From Hypanus sabinus (taxonomy: Eukaryota), in assembly GCF_030144855.1 (NCBI RefSeq), contig NC_082739.1, forward strand, positions 14,074,001 through 14,138,000: DNA of 64,000 nt. The letters are read 5' to 3'. Shown piece by piece: positions 1-12,427 of the stretch (its first letter is position 1; the number at the start of each line of letters is the position of its first letter). Both the position numbers and the translations under genes were made by a program. A model generated the notes under the pieces. It saw only the letters and a list, made by a program, of their open reading frames with translations, ran no database searches and was not told the DNA's origin.

Positions 1-3000
1 AAAGAGCTTCAAACCCCCCCCGTGCAAAAACCAAATCGCACCAACAGCAAAAAGAGCTTCAAACCCCCCCCGTGCAAAAACCAAATCGCGCCAACAGCAA
101 AAAGAGCTTCAAACCCCCCGCGCAAAAACCAAATCGCGCCAACAGCAAAAGAGCTTCAAACCCCCCCCGCGCAAAAACCAAATCGCGCCGACAGTAAAAA
201 GAGCTTCAAACCCCCCCGTGCAAAAACCAAATCGCACCAACAGCAAAAAGAGCTTCAACCTCCCGCGCAAAAACCAAATCGCGCCAACAGCAAAAGAGCT
301 TCAAACCCCCCCGCGCAAAAACCAAATCGCGCCGACAGTAAAAAGAGCTTCAAACCCCCCCGTGCAAAAACCAAATCGCACCAACAGCAAAAAGAGCTTC
401 AACCTCCCGCGCAAAAACCAAATCGCGCCAACAGCAAAAGAGCTTCAAACCCCCCCCGCGCAAAAACCAAATCGCGCCGACAGTAAAAAGAGCTTCAAAC
501 CCCCCCGTGCAAAAACCAAATCGCACCAACAGCAAAAAGAGCTTCAACCTCCCGCGCAAAAACCAAATCGCGCCAACAGCAAAAGAGCTTCAAACCCCCC
601 CGCGCAAAAACCAAATCGCGCCGACAGTAAAAAGAGCTTCAAACCCCCCCGTGCAAAAACCAAATCGCACCAACAGCAAAAAGAGCTTCAACCTCCCGCG
701 CAAAAACCAAATCGCGCCAACAGCAAAAGAGCTTCAAACCCCCCCGCGCAAAAACCAAATCGCGCCGACAGTAAAAAGAGCTTCAAACCCACCCGTGCAA
801 AAAGCAAATCGCGCCAACAGCAAAAAGAGCTTCAACCCCCCCCCCTGCAAAAAGCAAATCTCACAAACGACGACAAGACCTTCAAACCCCCCCCCGCGCA
901 AAAAGTAAATCTCACAAACGACGACAAGACCTTCAAACCCCCCCCGCGCAAAAAGTAAATCTCACAAACGACGACAAGACCTTCAAACCCCCCCCCCGCG
1001 CAAAAAGTAAATCTCACAAACGACGACAAGACCTTCAAACCCCCCCGCGCAAAAAGCAAATCTCACAAACGACGACAAGACCTTCAAACCCCCCCCGTGC
1101 AAAAAGTAAATCTCACAAACGACGACAAGACCTTCAAACACCCCCCCGCGCAAAAAGCAAATCTCAAATGGCAACAAGACCTTCAAACCCCCCCCGCGCA
1201 AAAAGCAAATCTCACAAACGACGACAAGACCTTCAAACCCCCCCCCGCGCAAAAAGTAAATCTCACAAACGACAACAAGACCTTCAAACCCCCCCGCGCA
1301 AAAAGCAAATCTCACAAACGACGACAAGACCTTCAAACCCCCCCCGCGCAAAAAGTAAATCTCACAAAGGACGACAAGACCTTCCAACACCCCCCCGCGC
1401 AAAAATCAAATCTCAAACGGCAACAAGACCTTCAAACCCCCCCCCGCACAAAAAGCAAATCTCACAAACGACGACAAGACCTTCAAATCCCCCCCCGCGC
1501 AAAAAGCAAATCTCACAAACGACGACAAGACCTTCAAACCCCCCCCGCGCAAAAAGGAAATCTCACAAACAACGACAAGACCTTCAAACCCCCCCCGCGC
1601 AAAAGCAAATCTCACAAACGACGACAAGACCTTCAAACCCCCCCGCGCAAAAAGCAAATCTCACAAACGACAAGACCTTCAAACCCCCCCCCGCGCAAAA
1701 AGCAAACGTCATAAACAGCAAAAAGACCTTTAAACCCCCCCCGCGCAAAAAGCAAACGTCACAAACAGCAAAAAGACCTTCAAACCCCCCCCGCGCAAAA
1801 AGTAAATCTCACAAACGACAACAAGACCTTCAAACCCCCCCGCGCAAAAAGCAAATCTCACAAACGACGACAAGACCTTCAAACCCCCCCCGCGCAAAAA
1901 GTAAATCTCACAAAGGACGACAAGACCTTCAAACACCCCCCCGCGCAAAAATCAAATCTCAAACGGCAACAAGACCTTCAAACCCCCCCCGCACAAAAAG
2001 CAAATCTCACAAACGACGACAAGACCTTCAAACCCCCCCCCGCGCAAAAAGTAAATCTCACAAACGACGACAAGACCTTCAAACCCCCCCCCCCGCGCAA
2101 AAAGGAAATCTCAAACGGCAACAAGACCTTCAAACCCCCCCCGCACAAAAAGCAAATCTCACAAACGACAAGACCTTCAAACCCCCCCCCGCGCAAAAAG
2201 CAAACCTCACAAACGACAAGACCTTCAAACCCCCCGCGCAAAAAACAAACGTCACAAACAGCAAGAAGACCTTTAAACCCCCCCGCGCAAAAAGCAAATC
2301 TCACAAACGGCAACAAGACCTTCAAACACCCCCCCCGCGCAAAAAGCAAATCTCACAAACGACGACAAGACCTTCAAACCCCCCCGCGCAAAAAGGAAAT
2401 CTCACAAACGACGACAAGACCTTCAAACCCCCCCCCGCGCAAAAAGCAAATCTCACAAACGACAAGACCTTCAAACCCCCCCCGCGCAAAAAGCAAACGT
2501 CACAAACAGCAAAAAGACCTTTAAACCCCCCCGCGCAAAAAGCAAATCTCACAAATGGCAACAAGACCTTCAAAACGCAAATCTCACAAACGACGACAAG
2601 ACCTTCAACCCCCCCGCGCAAAAAGCAAATCTCACAAACGACAACAAGACCTTCAACCCCCCCGCGCAAAAAACAAATCTCACAAACGACGACAAGACCT
2701 TCAAACCCCCCACCCGCGCAAAAAGCAAACCTCACAAACGACAAGACCTTCAAACCCCCCCCGCGCAAAAAACAAACGTCACAAACAGCAAGAAGACCTT
2801 TAAACCCCCCCGCACAAAAAGCAAATCTCACAAACGGCAACAAGACCTTCAACCTCCCCCGCGCAAAAAGCAAATCTCAAACGGCGACAAGACCTTCAAA
2901 CCCCCCCCCCGCGCAAAAAGCAAATCTCACAAACGACGACAAGACCTTCAAACCCCCCCCCGCGCAAAAAGCAAATCTCACAAATGACGACAAGACCTTC

Positions 3001-4370
3001 AAACACCCCCCCGCGCAAAAAGCAAATCTCACAAACGACGACAAGACCTTCAACCCCCCCGCGCAAAAAGCAAATCTCAAACGGCAACAAGACCTTCAAA
3101 CCCCCCCGCGCAAAAAGCAAATCTCACAAACGACGACAAGACCTTCAACCCCCCCCGCGCAAAAAGTAAATCTCACAAATGACGACAAGACCTTCAACCC
3201 CCCCCGCGCAAAAAGCAAATCTCACAAACGACGACAAGACCTTCAAACCCCCCCCCCGCGCAAAAAGCAAATCTCACAAACGACGGCAAGACCTTCAAAC
3301 CCCCCCCGCGCAAAAAGTAAATCTCACAAACGACGACAAGACCTTCAACCCCCCCCACGCAAAAAGCAAATCTCAAACGGCAACAAGACCTTCAAACCCC
3401 CCCGCGCAAAAAGCAAATCTCACAAACGACGACAAGACCTTCAACCTCCCCCGCGCAAAAAGCAAATCTCAAACGGCGACAAGACCTTCAAACCCCCCCC
3501 CGCGCAAAAAGCAAATCTCACAAACGACGACAAGACCTTCAAACCCCCCCCGCGCAAAAAGCAAATCTCACAAACGACGACAAGACCTTCAAACACCCCC
3601 CCGCGCAAAAAGCAAATCTCACAAACGACGGCAAGACCTTCAACCCCCCCCCGCGCAAAAAGCAAATCTCAAACGGCAACAAGACCTTCAAACCCCCCCG
3701 CGCAAAAAGCAAATCTCACAAACGACGACAAGACCTTCAACCCCCCCCGCGCAAAAAGTAAATCTCACAAACGACGACAAGACCTTCAACCCCCCCCGCG
3801 CAAAAAGCAAATCTCACAAACGACGACAAGACCTTCAAACCCCCCCCCGCGCAAAAAGCAAATCTCACAAACGACGGCAAGACCTTCAAACCCCCCCCGC
3901 GCAAAAAGTAAATCTCACAAACGACGACAAGACCTTCAACCCCCCCCCACGCAAAAAGCAAATCTCAAACGGCAACAAGACCTTCAAACCCCCCCGCGCA
4001 AAAAGCAAATCTCACAAACGACGACAAGACCTTCGAACCCCCCCGCGCAAAAAGCAAATCTCACAAACGACGACGACCTTCAAACCCCCCCGCGCAAAAA
4101 GCAAATCTCAAACAGCAACAAGACCTTTAAACCCCCCCGCGCAAAAAGCAAATTGCGCAAACGGCAACGAGAACTTCAAACACCAAGTCGCCCTTTTTGT
4201 GCGCATAAAGAAGTTGATCAAATCTCGCAAACAGCTACAAGAACATCAAACTCCCCATGTGCAAGATAACAAATTGTGCAAACAGCAAAAAGATTATCAA
4301 AATCCAAACCCCAAATCCCCCCCTTTCTCACGCTAAAAACAAACAAATCGCGCAAACGGCAACGATAACC
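1..4370. repeat. Tandem satellite, ~48-51 bp monomer, A/C-rich on + strand, open at window start
   Basis: Monomer A (1-~830): aaaagagcttcaaa(c)n gcgcaaaaaccaaatcgcgccaacagc. Monomer B (~840-4140): (c)n gcgcaaaaagcaaatctcacaaacgacgacaagaccttcaaa. Degenerate monomers at 4140-4370. Confidence 0.97.
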
Positions 4371-5056
4371 TCTGGTAAGATGGCGGCGCGTTTGATCGCA
4401 GCGGCTTCTACAAGAGGTGCTACAGTCCTGTTTAAACCTATTTTTAATGATCACGTGATCCTGTTATATATAACAGACAGAAAGTACTGCCGCTGTGCCC
4501 CATCAGCAAATTGTGCAATGTGCTGCCGCCTGAGCTGATGGAGGCTTACGGTTTAATAGTGAGTGGCCATCATGGCTGCTTATTTGTGGTTGCGAGATCC
4601 TTTTAGCCACCAGGGGTGTGTGGTGCAGTGTCCAGACTGGAGTCAGAACTGCCCACACAGTGAGTGCTCAGCTAAAGTCAAGCTCTTTTGCGGTCAGCTG
4701 CAGATTTCAATGGACTAAGGGATCTGGACTATATACATGTATATTTTGTATTTTCTACTGATATTCTATATGGGCTTGTAGCCTTGCATATGCGTGGAAT
4801 GGGCCTCAAGCTGTGGCCTGAGGTGCATGTGGAGTAGGCTGGATGAGAGGGGCTTTTTATAGCTGATTGTGGATTGATGGCATGAGTTTTTTGATTCTCT
4901 TATTGCTTGATGGTGATATGATCTGTGCTTGCTATCTTTTGTGTACTTTGTGCTGTGTTTTACACCTTGACCCCAGTAGTAACACTGTTCTGTCTAGCTG
5001 TATTCGTGACTATTAATGTATGGTTGAAATGACAATTAAACTTGAATTGAATTGAA
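4371..5056 (+). mobile_element. Non-coding retroposon-like insertion (non-autonomous LINE derivative/SINE-like)
   Basis: Starts with aagatggcgg and ends in aattaaacttgaattgaattgaa, a short-repeat LINE-type tail. Degenerate satellite monomers flank both sides. Confidence 0.5.
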
Positions 5057-5439
5057 TAATGTCAAACCCCAACCCCACCTCCCCCACAGTGTGCAGAAAG
5101 AAAACAAACAAATTGTGCAAATGGCAACAATCTTCCTCAGCACTTCAACGGCAAGGTCAGCGAAAAATGGAGTCGATCATTGGCTCGCACCCAGTCACTT
5201 AAACTTCCAGGCTTCCTGGCTGCTCACCTCATAGAATCTTCATGGAGACAGCAAAACACCAGATCACTCAATCGTTCTTCAAACTGTAGATCACAGGCTC
5301 CAGCAGTACCAGAAACACATTTAAGATAAAAAGAATACATAGAAGAAGTGAAAGAAACTGTTTTGTGGACAATCTGGAAGATGTCATTCAAGGAAGTGTT
5401 GTTCGCTGGTGTCATCTGGACCAGAATGAGCAGCTTCGT

Positions 5440-5810
5440 AGGAGTTGCCAGTCAGCGTTGAAGGCAACATAGCTCTGCTTTAGGGACTCCAGTTCTGAAA
5501 TGTTCCCTCAGGGTTTATTCCCAAAGCATTCCCCATGAGCGGATATAGCCACAAGGCAAGAAGGTTTGAAATCAGAGTTTTCCTTCTAGATGAACTGCCA
5601 GCCACAGCTGATGAGCCCCGTCTGCCCGAAGCACCTTCTCCCGGCAGCAGAAACAGTCCCACTGGGCTTAGTAGCTCAGCCACGTGTGAAGGCCAGGAGC
5701 TGGACTTGGTTGTCAGAGGCTATCTGAGATGCACACCATTGGGAAAACTTAATACGTAGCGGGAGCTTGTCCCATTACTATCCCTGGCTATAACAACATT
5801 AAGGAACCAA
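5440..5810 (-). repeat. Interspersed repeat fragment, class uncertain (possibly RTE-derived)
   Basis: Resembles a fish interspersed repeat from memory (gcctctgacaaccaagtccagctcctggccttcac on - strand). No coding evidence. Confidence 0.3.
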
Positions 5811-5992
5811 CAACCAGAGAAGTATTCTCAGTAAGGATATCAATAACCTACTGAAGCTGCACTAAAACCAGAACACTATACTTACCTATCGAAAGACAGC
5901 TAGTTATAAGACCATAAGACATAGGAGCACAATTAGGCCATTCAGCCCATTGAATCTGCTCTCCCATTCAATCATTTACTTTCCCCCTCAGC

Positions 5993-8900
5993 CAATGTTC
6001 CCTCTAATTTGTAATGAGCAGTGTGCGCAAAAATCTTGTGCTGTGCAATTTTTTGCCCAGTGACACCAACATGTGCACACTGAATAATTTCTTCAATGAA
6101 AACAGTACAAATAAGCTAGTTCTAAAATCTGCAGACATTAAAAGTTCCACGTTTAACCAGGCCAGTCTGAAAAAAATCACTAAGCAATTACTATCAACAG
6201 ATCACTTGCAATACCAGAGGAAACAACACATTGGACCATTGCTACTCCACCATCTAGAATGCCTGCCATGATATTCCACACCCTCACTTCGGGAAGTCTG
6301 ATCACCTGGCTGTACTTCTACCCCCTGAGTATAGGCAGAGACTGGAGACTGCAGCACCAGTAGTGAGTAGTGAAGATTTGGACAAGGGAAGCACAGGAGC
6401 ACCTACAGGACTGCTTTGAATCGGTGGACTGGACTGTACTCAGCGATTCATCTTTGAAACAGGATGAGTATGCTGCAGTTGTTACCGACTTCATTAAAAC
6501 CAGTGTGGGTGAGTGTGTGCCTACAAAGACTTACTGCACATTCCCAAACCAAAAGCTGTGGATGAACCAGGAGATACGTCGTCTGCTGAAGACTTGATCT
6601 GTGGCATTCAAATCGAGTGATCCAGGCCTGTACCAGAAAACCAGGTATGATTTGCGGAGGACTATTTCAAGGATGAAGAAACAATTTCGAACAAGGTTGG
6701 AGGCAACATTAGATGCACGGCAACTCTGGCAGGGTCTGCAAGACATTACTTCCTACAAAGCAAAACCCAATAGCATGAATGGCAGCGATGCTATTCAACG
6801 CCTTCTATGCAGGCTTTGAAAGGGAAAACACAACTACAGCTGTGTAGATCCCTGCTGCACCTGATGACCCTGTGATCTCTGTCTCAGAGGCCAATGTTAG
6901 GCTGTCTTTAAAGAGAGTGAACCCTCGCAAGGTGGAAGGTCCCGATGGAGTATCTGGTAAGGCTCAGAAAACCTGTGCCAACCAACTGGCAGGAGTATTC
7001 AAGGACATTTTCAACCTTTCACTGCTACGGGCAGAAGTTCCCACTTGCTTCAAAAAGGCAATAATTATTCCAGTGCCTAAGAAGAATAAAGTGAACTGCC
7101 TTAATGACTATTGCCCGGTAGCACTCACATCGACAGTGATGAAATGCTTTGACTAGACTGAACTCCTGCCTCAGCAAGGACCTGAACTCATTGCAATTTA
7201 CCTATTGCCACAATATCAATGGCAGACGCAATCTCAATGGCTCTTCACATGGCTTTAGACCACCTGAACAACACCATCACCTACGTCAGGACGCTGTTCA
7301 TCAACTATAGCTCAGCATTCAATACCATCATTCTCACAATCCTGATTGAGAAGTTACAGAACCTGGGCCTCTGTACCTCCCTCTGCATTTGGATCCTCGA
7401 CTTCCTAACTTCTGTGTGGATTGGTGATAACATCTCCTCCTTGCTGACGATCAACACTGGCACACCTCAGGGGTGTGTGCTCAGCCCACTGCTCTACTCT
7501 CTGTATACTGTGTGTATACTGTGTGGCTAAGCATAGCTCAAATACCATCTATAAATTTGCTGATGATACAACCAATGTTGGTAGAATCTCAGGTGGTGAT
7601 GAGACCTCTCATTGTTACGGGCAGAAGTTCCCACTTGCTTCAAAAAGGCAATAATTATACCAGTGCCAAAGAAGAATAATATGAGCTACCTTAACGACTA
7701 TCGCCCGGTAGCACTCACATCGATAGTGATGAAATACTTTGAGAGGTTGGTCATGACTAGACTGAACTCCTGCCTCAGCAAGGACCTGAACTCATTGCAA
7801 TTTACCTATTGCCACAATATCAATGGCAGACGCAATCTCAATGGCTCTTCACATGGCTTTAGACCACCTGAACAACACCATCACCTACGTCAGGACGCTG
7901 TTCATCAACTATAGCTCAGCATTCAATACCATCATTCTCACAATCCTGATTGAGAAGTTACAGAACCTGGGCCTCTGTACCTCCCTCTGCAATTGGATCC
8001 TCGACTTCCTAACTTCTGTGTGGATTGGTGATAACATCTCCTCCTTGCTGACGATCAACACTGGCACACCTCAGGGGTGTGTGCTCAGCCCACTGCTCTA
8101 CTCTCTGTATACTGTGTGTATACTGTGTGGCTAAGCATAGCTCAAATACCATCTATAAATTTGCTGATGATACAACCAATGTTGGTAGAATCTCAGGTGG
8201 TGATGAGACCTCTCATTGTTACGGGCAGAAGTTCCCACTTGCTTCAAAAAGGCAATAATTATACCAGTGCCAAAGAAGAATAATATGAGCTACCTTAACG
8301 ACTATCGCCCGGTAGCACTCACATCGATAGTGATGAAATACTTTGAGAGGTTGGTCATGACTAGACTGAACTCCTGCCTCAGCAAGGACCTGGACCCATT
8401 GTAATTTGCTTATCATCACAATAAGTCAATGGCAGACGCAATCTCCATGGCTCTTCACTCGGCTTTAGAACACCTAGACGACACAACCACCTACATCAGG
8501 ATGCTGTACATCGACTATAGCTCAGCATTTAATACCATCATTCCCACAATCCTGATTGAGAAGTTGCAGAACTTGGACCTCTGTATCTCCTTCTGTAATT
8601 GGATCCTGACTTCCTAACCAGAAGATCACAATCTGTCCTGACATATCCTCCTCACTGACGATCAACACTGGTGCACCTCAGGGGTGTGTGCTTAGCCCAC
8701 TGCTCTACTCTCCATGACTGTGAGGCTAGGCATAGCTCAAATACCATCTACAAATTTGCTGACAAATTGTTGGTAGAATCTCAGGTGGTGACAAGATGAC
8801 ATACAGGAGTGAGATATGCCAACTAATGAATTGGTGCTGCAGCAACAACCTGGCACTCAACGTCAGTAAGATGAAAGAGCTGATTGTGGACTTCGGGAAG

Positions 8901-9787
8901 GGTAAGACAAAGGAGCACATACCAATCCTCACAGAGGGATCAGAAGTGGAGAGAGTGAGCAGTTTCAAGTTTGTGGATGTCAAGATCTCTGAGAATCTAT
9001 CCCGGTCCCTACATATCGATGTAGTTATAAAGAAGGCAAGACAGCGGCTATACTTTATTAGGACTTTGAAGAGATTTGGCATGTCGACAAACACACTCAA
9101 AAACTTCTATAGTTGTACTGTGGAGAGTATTCCAGCAGGCTGCATCACTGTCTGGTACGGAGGGACTACTGCACAGGACCGAAAGAAGCTGCAGAGGGTT
9201 GTAAATCTAGTCAGCTCCATCTTGAGTACGAGCCTACAAAGTACCCAGGACATCTTTGGGGAGCAGTGTCTCAGAAAGGCAGTGTCCATTATAAAAGACC
9301 TCCAGCACCCAGAGCATGCCCTTTTCTCATTGTTACTATCAGATAGGAGGTACAGAAGCCTGAAGACACACACGCAGTGATTCAGGAACAGCTTCTTCCA
9401 CTCTGCCATCTGATTCCTAAATGGACATTGAACCCTTGGACAATACCTCACTTTTTTTAATATACAGTATTTCTGTTTTTTGCATTTTTAATCTATTCAA
9501 TATACGTATACTGTAATTGATTTACTTATTTATTTTTAAAAATTTTATTTATTTTTTTCTCTGCTAGATTATGTATTGTATTGAACTGCTGCAGCTAAGT
9601 TAACAAATTTCACGTCACATGCCGGTGATAATAATTCTGATTCTGATTTGTCCACACCATCTGCATCGGGAACTGGAAAAAGAAATGTGATTGTGTACAA
9701 TGGTGAAATATACTTAACATGCCGACAATGTAGAGGGTGACAACCTTTTGTGTGCGCACACACGTGCACACCATAGAGGGAACATTG
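5993..9787. mobile_element. hAT-like non-autonomous DNA transposon, interrupted by a Rex1-like LINE
   Basis: Perfect 14-bp terminal inverted repeats CAATGTTCCCTCTA (5993-6006) / TAGAGGGAACATTG (9774-9787). The 8-bp flanks ccctcagc / ctgtcaac are a possible decayed TSD. CR1 3' remnant continues on both sides (5905-5992, ~9790-9960). Confidence 0.7.
6151..9647 (+). mobile_element. Rex1/Babar-like non-LTR retrotransposon, degenerate, with internal duplication
   Basis: Endonuclease C-terminal remnants (TRG..LDHCY, GKSDH), RT segments ([48 protein letters not shown]), C-terminal KKARQRLYF.R, 3' tail attctgattctgat. Many stops and frameshifts. Confidence 0.9.
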
Positions 9788-10390
9788 CTGTCAACCTCAT
9801 CAATCAGCCTTCTCCCCTAATTTTAACGCCCTTTGTAGTCTAGAATCTATCAACCTCTGCTTTAAATGTACCCAATGGCTTGGCCTCTACAGCCATATGT
9901 GGCAGTGAATTCCACAGATTCACCACTCTGGCTAGAGAAATTCCTCTTCACCTCTGTTCTAGTTTTGAATTTGCAAAAGTCAGAAGAATCTTCATTAAAG
10001 ACCTCAGGATCTCCTTTGTTTTGTGGCTTTGCAAAAAGCAGCCAAACAGCATGTAACAAGGTCCCACAAAACAAAAATATAGAGATAAAAGGTAAGATTT
10101 GTGTGCTGCAGTGATCTTACCTGAGGATAATGTTTTACAGACTTATCTACAGAATTGTACCATAGAATCATCTGCCTCAGAGAGACACACAGAATCTCTT
10201 TTTAATGTCTCCTCACGAGGATACCATGTCTGAAAGTGTAGAAAGCTTGTGTAACAGCCCACCAGTTGTGCAGTGCTTAAATTGCACAATTGGTGGTCGA
10301 GACATGCCAAGGGAAGTGTGCCACAAAAGCAATGTCTTCATAACTTTAACATAGTTGGGAGAAGTGGAACAGATTGTGAAACCATGTAAG

Positions 10391-10607
10391 TGATGCACCA
10401 TCAATAACTCATTCTGAGACGTAAAAGTGAGATATCGGCTTGTATTGACTGGAAGAAGGAACAAGCAGTGAATGACCACCATACTGCATCCTGGAGACAG
10501 AGAGGCCGGGCTCAGACCTCAATCGCCTTTATACAGAGGTCTGTGGGAGGAGCCACAGGAGCAGTCAGCAGGGGGCATGTCCAGACAGGTATATGTAGTT
10601 CACCACA
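10391..10607 (-). mobile_element. Solo LTR (217 bp)
   Basis: TG...CA termini flanked by exact 5-bp direct repeat GTAAG (10386-10390, 10608-10612). The - strand has TATAAA followed by an AATACA polyA-like signal. Confidence 0.75.
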
Positions 10608-11719
10608 GTAAGTGAATTTGAAAAGGGCAGTTGGGTTAATTTTATACAATGCATTATAGTTAAGGGAACAAGCTAGATTAATGAGAACAAAAAGAGGAGT
10701 CAACAATCAGATAGTAAGTGAATATTTTGTAAATAATACAATGGAACAATTGAATATAATGTTTGCATTAACAGAGAAAAGATAGAAAGGATTTAATCTT
10801 CATGACTCTTCAAAATAGCTGTTTTGTTTCAAAATGGCTGATTGGGCACAAATTGATGAATCTCAGTGCCTATAGCAAAGTCCTTGTGAATCAACTGAGT
10901 CAGTACAAGGTTCATTCTTGTGCAGTACCGTCACTTGATCGGCTTATCTGGCTTATTCCATTTTATATTAGCAGTATATTTCAACTCAGCTCCACCCAAA
11001 CAATGTTGTGTTTACTGCTTTACTGGTTCACAAAGAACGTCTCACATTTCAGGAAGATTAAATACCTACAGCACAACAGTCTTTGGCTGCTTACACAAAA
11101 GATCTGCAAACCTGCTGGACTATCAAAGATCATTTCTCCTCCCTTCACATAGAATCAAACTACAATCTGCCAAAGTTATCAAAATACAGACTCCCATTGA
11201 ATTTTCTTTTAAACGAGGCTGCATCTGAAAGAATTCTCCTGAGGCCAGACCAGAAGATGGTGGTAGAATAAAGTCAACCGCCAGTCAATGAGGAGAGAGA
11301 GTTGGATACTCATTGCCGTTTAGGGAGGGAGTGCATCAAATCAGTCCCAGTTACTAAAAGCTCACAGAACTCATCTCCCTCTATGTTGCTGCCAAACTGG
11401 GAGAAACAAGGAGGCTTTTGAGGAAACGTCTTTATGCGGAGAGTAACACCTCAGACGAGATGGGCCAAAGGGCCTGTGTCTGTGCTGTAGTGTTCAGTGA
11501 CTCTAATAAAGTCATGGTGTAACAGCAGAGTGATCCCTGCCCTCCTATAATTTTTTAATACCAGGACTACTTACAACAGGCATATCAAGACCTGATAACA
11601 TACCTGCTATGCTGTCTCCACAACATTGTACCAGCATTGAGATGCAGTACAGATTCAGCCCTCTGGCCCTTTGGGCTATACCATGCAGAAATCCCCTGAT
11701 TAAATGCTAGCCTAATCGG

Positions 11720-12070
11720 GGGACAGCAGTACTCTACAGAGAACTCTCTCCAGGCAAGAGAGATCATGGTGCCCCATGCAAGAGGTACAAAGACCAACTT
11801 AAGCAGCAGCTCTCTCAGGCAAATATCAAGGGCAATGAGTGGAAGCAGCTAGCTTGTGGTGGAGACCGCTGGGGTAGGCCAATTCATGGAGAAGCCACGA
11901 ACTTTGAGGAATCCAGAAGAGGAGGCACAGGGAGGATTCCACTACCCAGACACTTGCGTCCTACCTGTTCCCATGTCCCTACTCCTCCAAAGTCTGCAGA
12001 TCCAGAATTGGCCTCTACAGTCACCAACGATCATCCCTCCTGATCTTCACAAGCAAAGAACCAGCCATCA
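11720..12070 (+). mobile_element. RTE-like LINE 3' remnant
   Basis: Degenerate C-terminal motifs (KRYKDQLKQQL, SRIGLYSH). Confidence 0.5.
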
Positions 12071-12074
12071 ATCA

Positions 12075-12266
12075 GGGGACAATTTACAATGATCAATTAG
12101 CCTACCAATCACTACCTCTTTGGACCATGGAAGGAAACCGGAGCACCCAGAGGAAACCCATGTGGTCACGGAGAGAACGTACAAACTCCTTACAGACAAC
12201 AGCAGGAAATGAACCTGGGTCTCTACTGTTAAACATTGTGCTAACCACTACACTACCATGCCACCC
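12075..12266 (-). mobile_element. tRNA-derived V-SINE/HE1-like SINE
   Basis: - strand: ggcatggtagtgtagtggttagca (A box), ggttcatttcc (B box), V-domain-like gtttgtacgttctctccgtgaccacatgggtttcctctgggtgctccggtttcc. Confidence 0.75.
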
Positions 12267-12427
12267 ATAAACATAGGAGCATAAAAACAAGAACATAAGT
12301 AGGACATTTGGCCCTTCATGCTTCACTGTCATTTAATATAATCACAACTGATTCCTTATCCTACTCTCCCCCCACCTTTGGTGCCCTTTATGCCTAGAAT
12401 TCTAACCACTTTCTTAAATATAGAACA

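Noticed and set aside
1168-4269. 1033-aa ORF and overlapping long ORFs
   Set aside because: Translation of a T-poor satellite that rarely forms stop codons. The same peptides cycle through all frames with poly-C length.
1-4370. CRISPR array, telomere repeat or CENP-B box
   Set aside because: No unique spacers, no cas genes, no TTAGGG units and no CENP-B box match noticed. Eukaryotic context.
12075-12266. tRNA gene
   Set aside because: A/B boxes run into a SINE body with no cloverleaf. The same applies to copies at 42764 and 53836.
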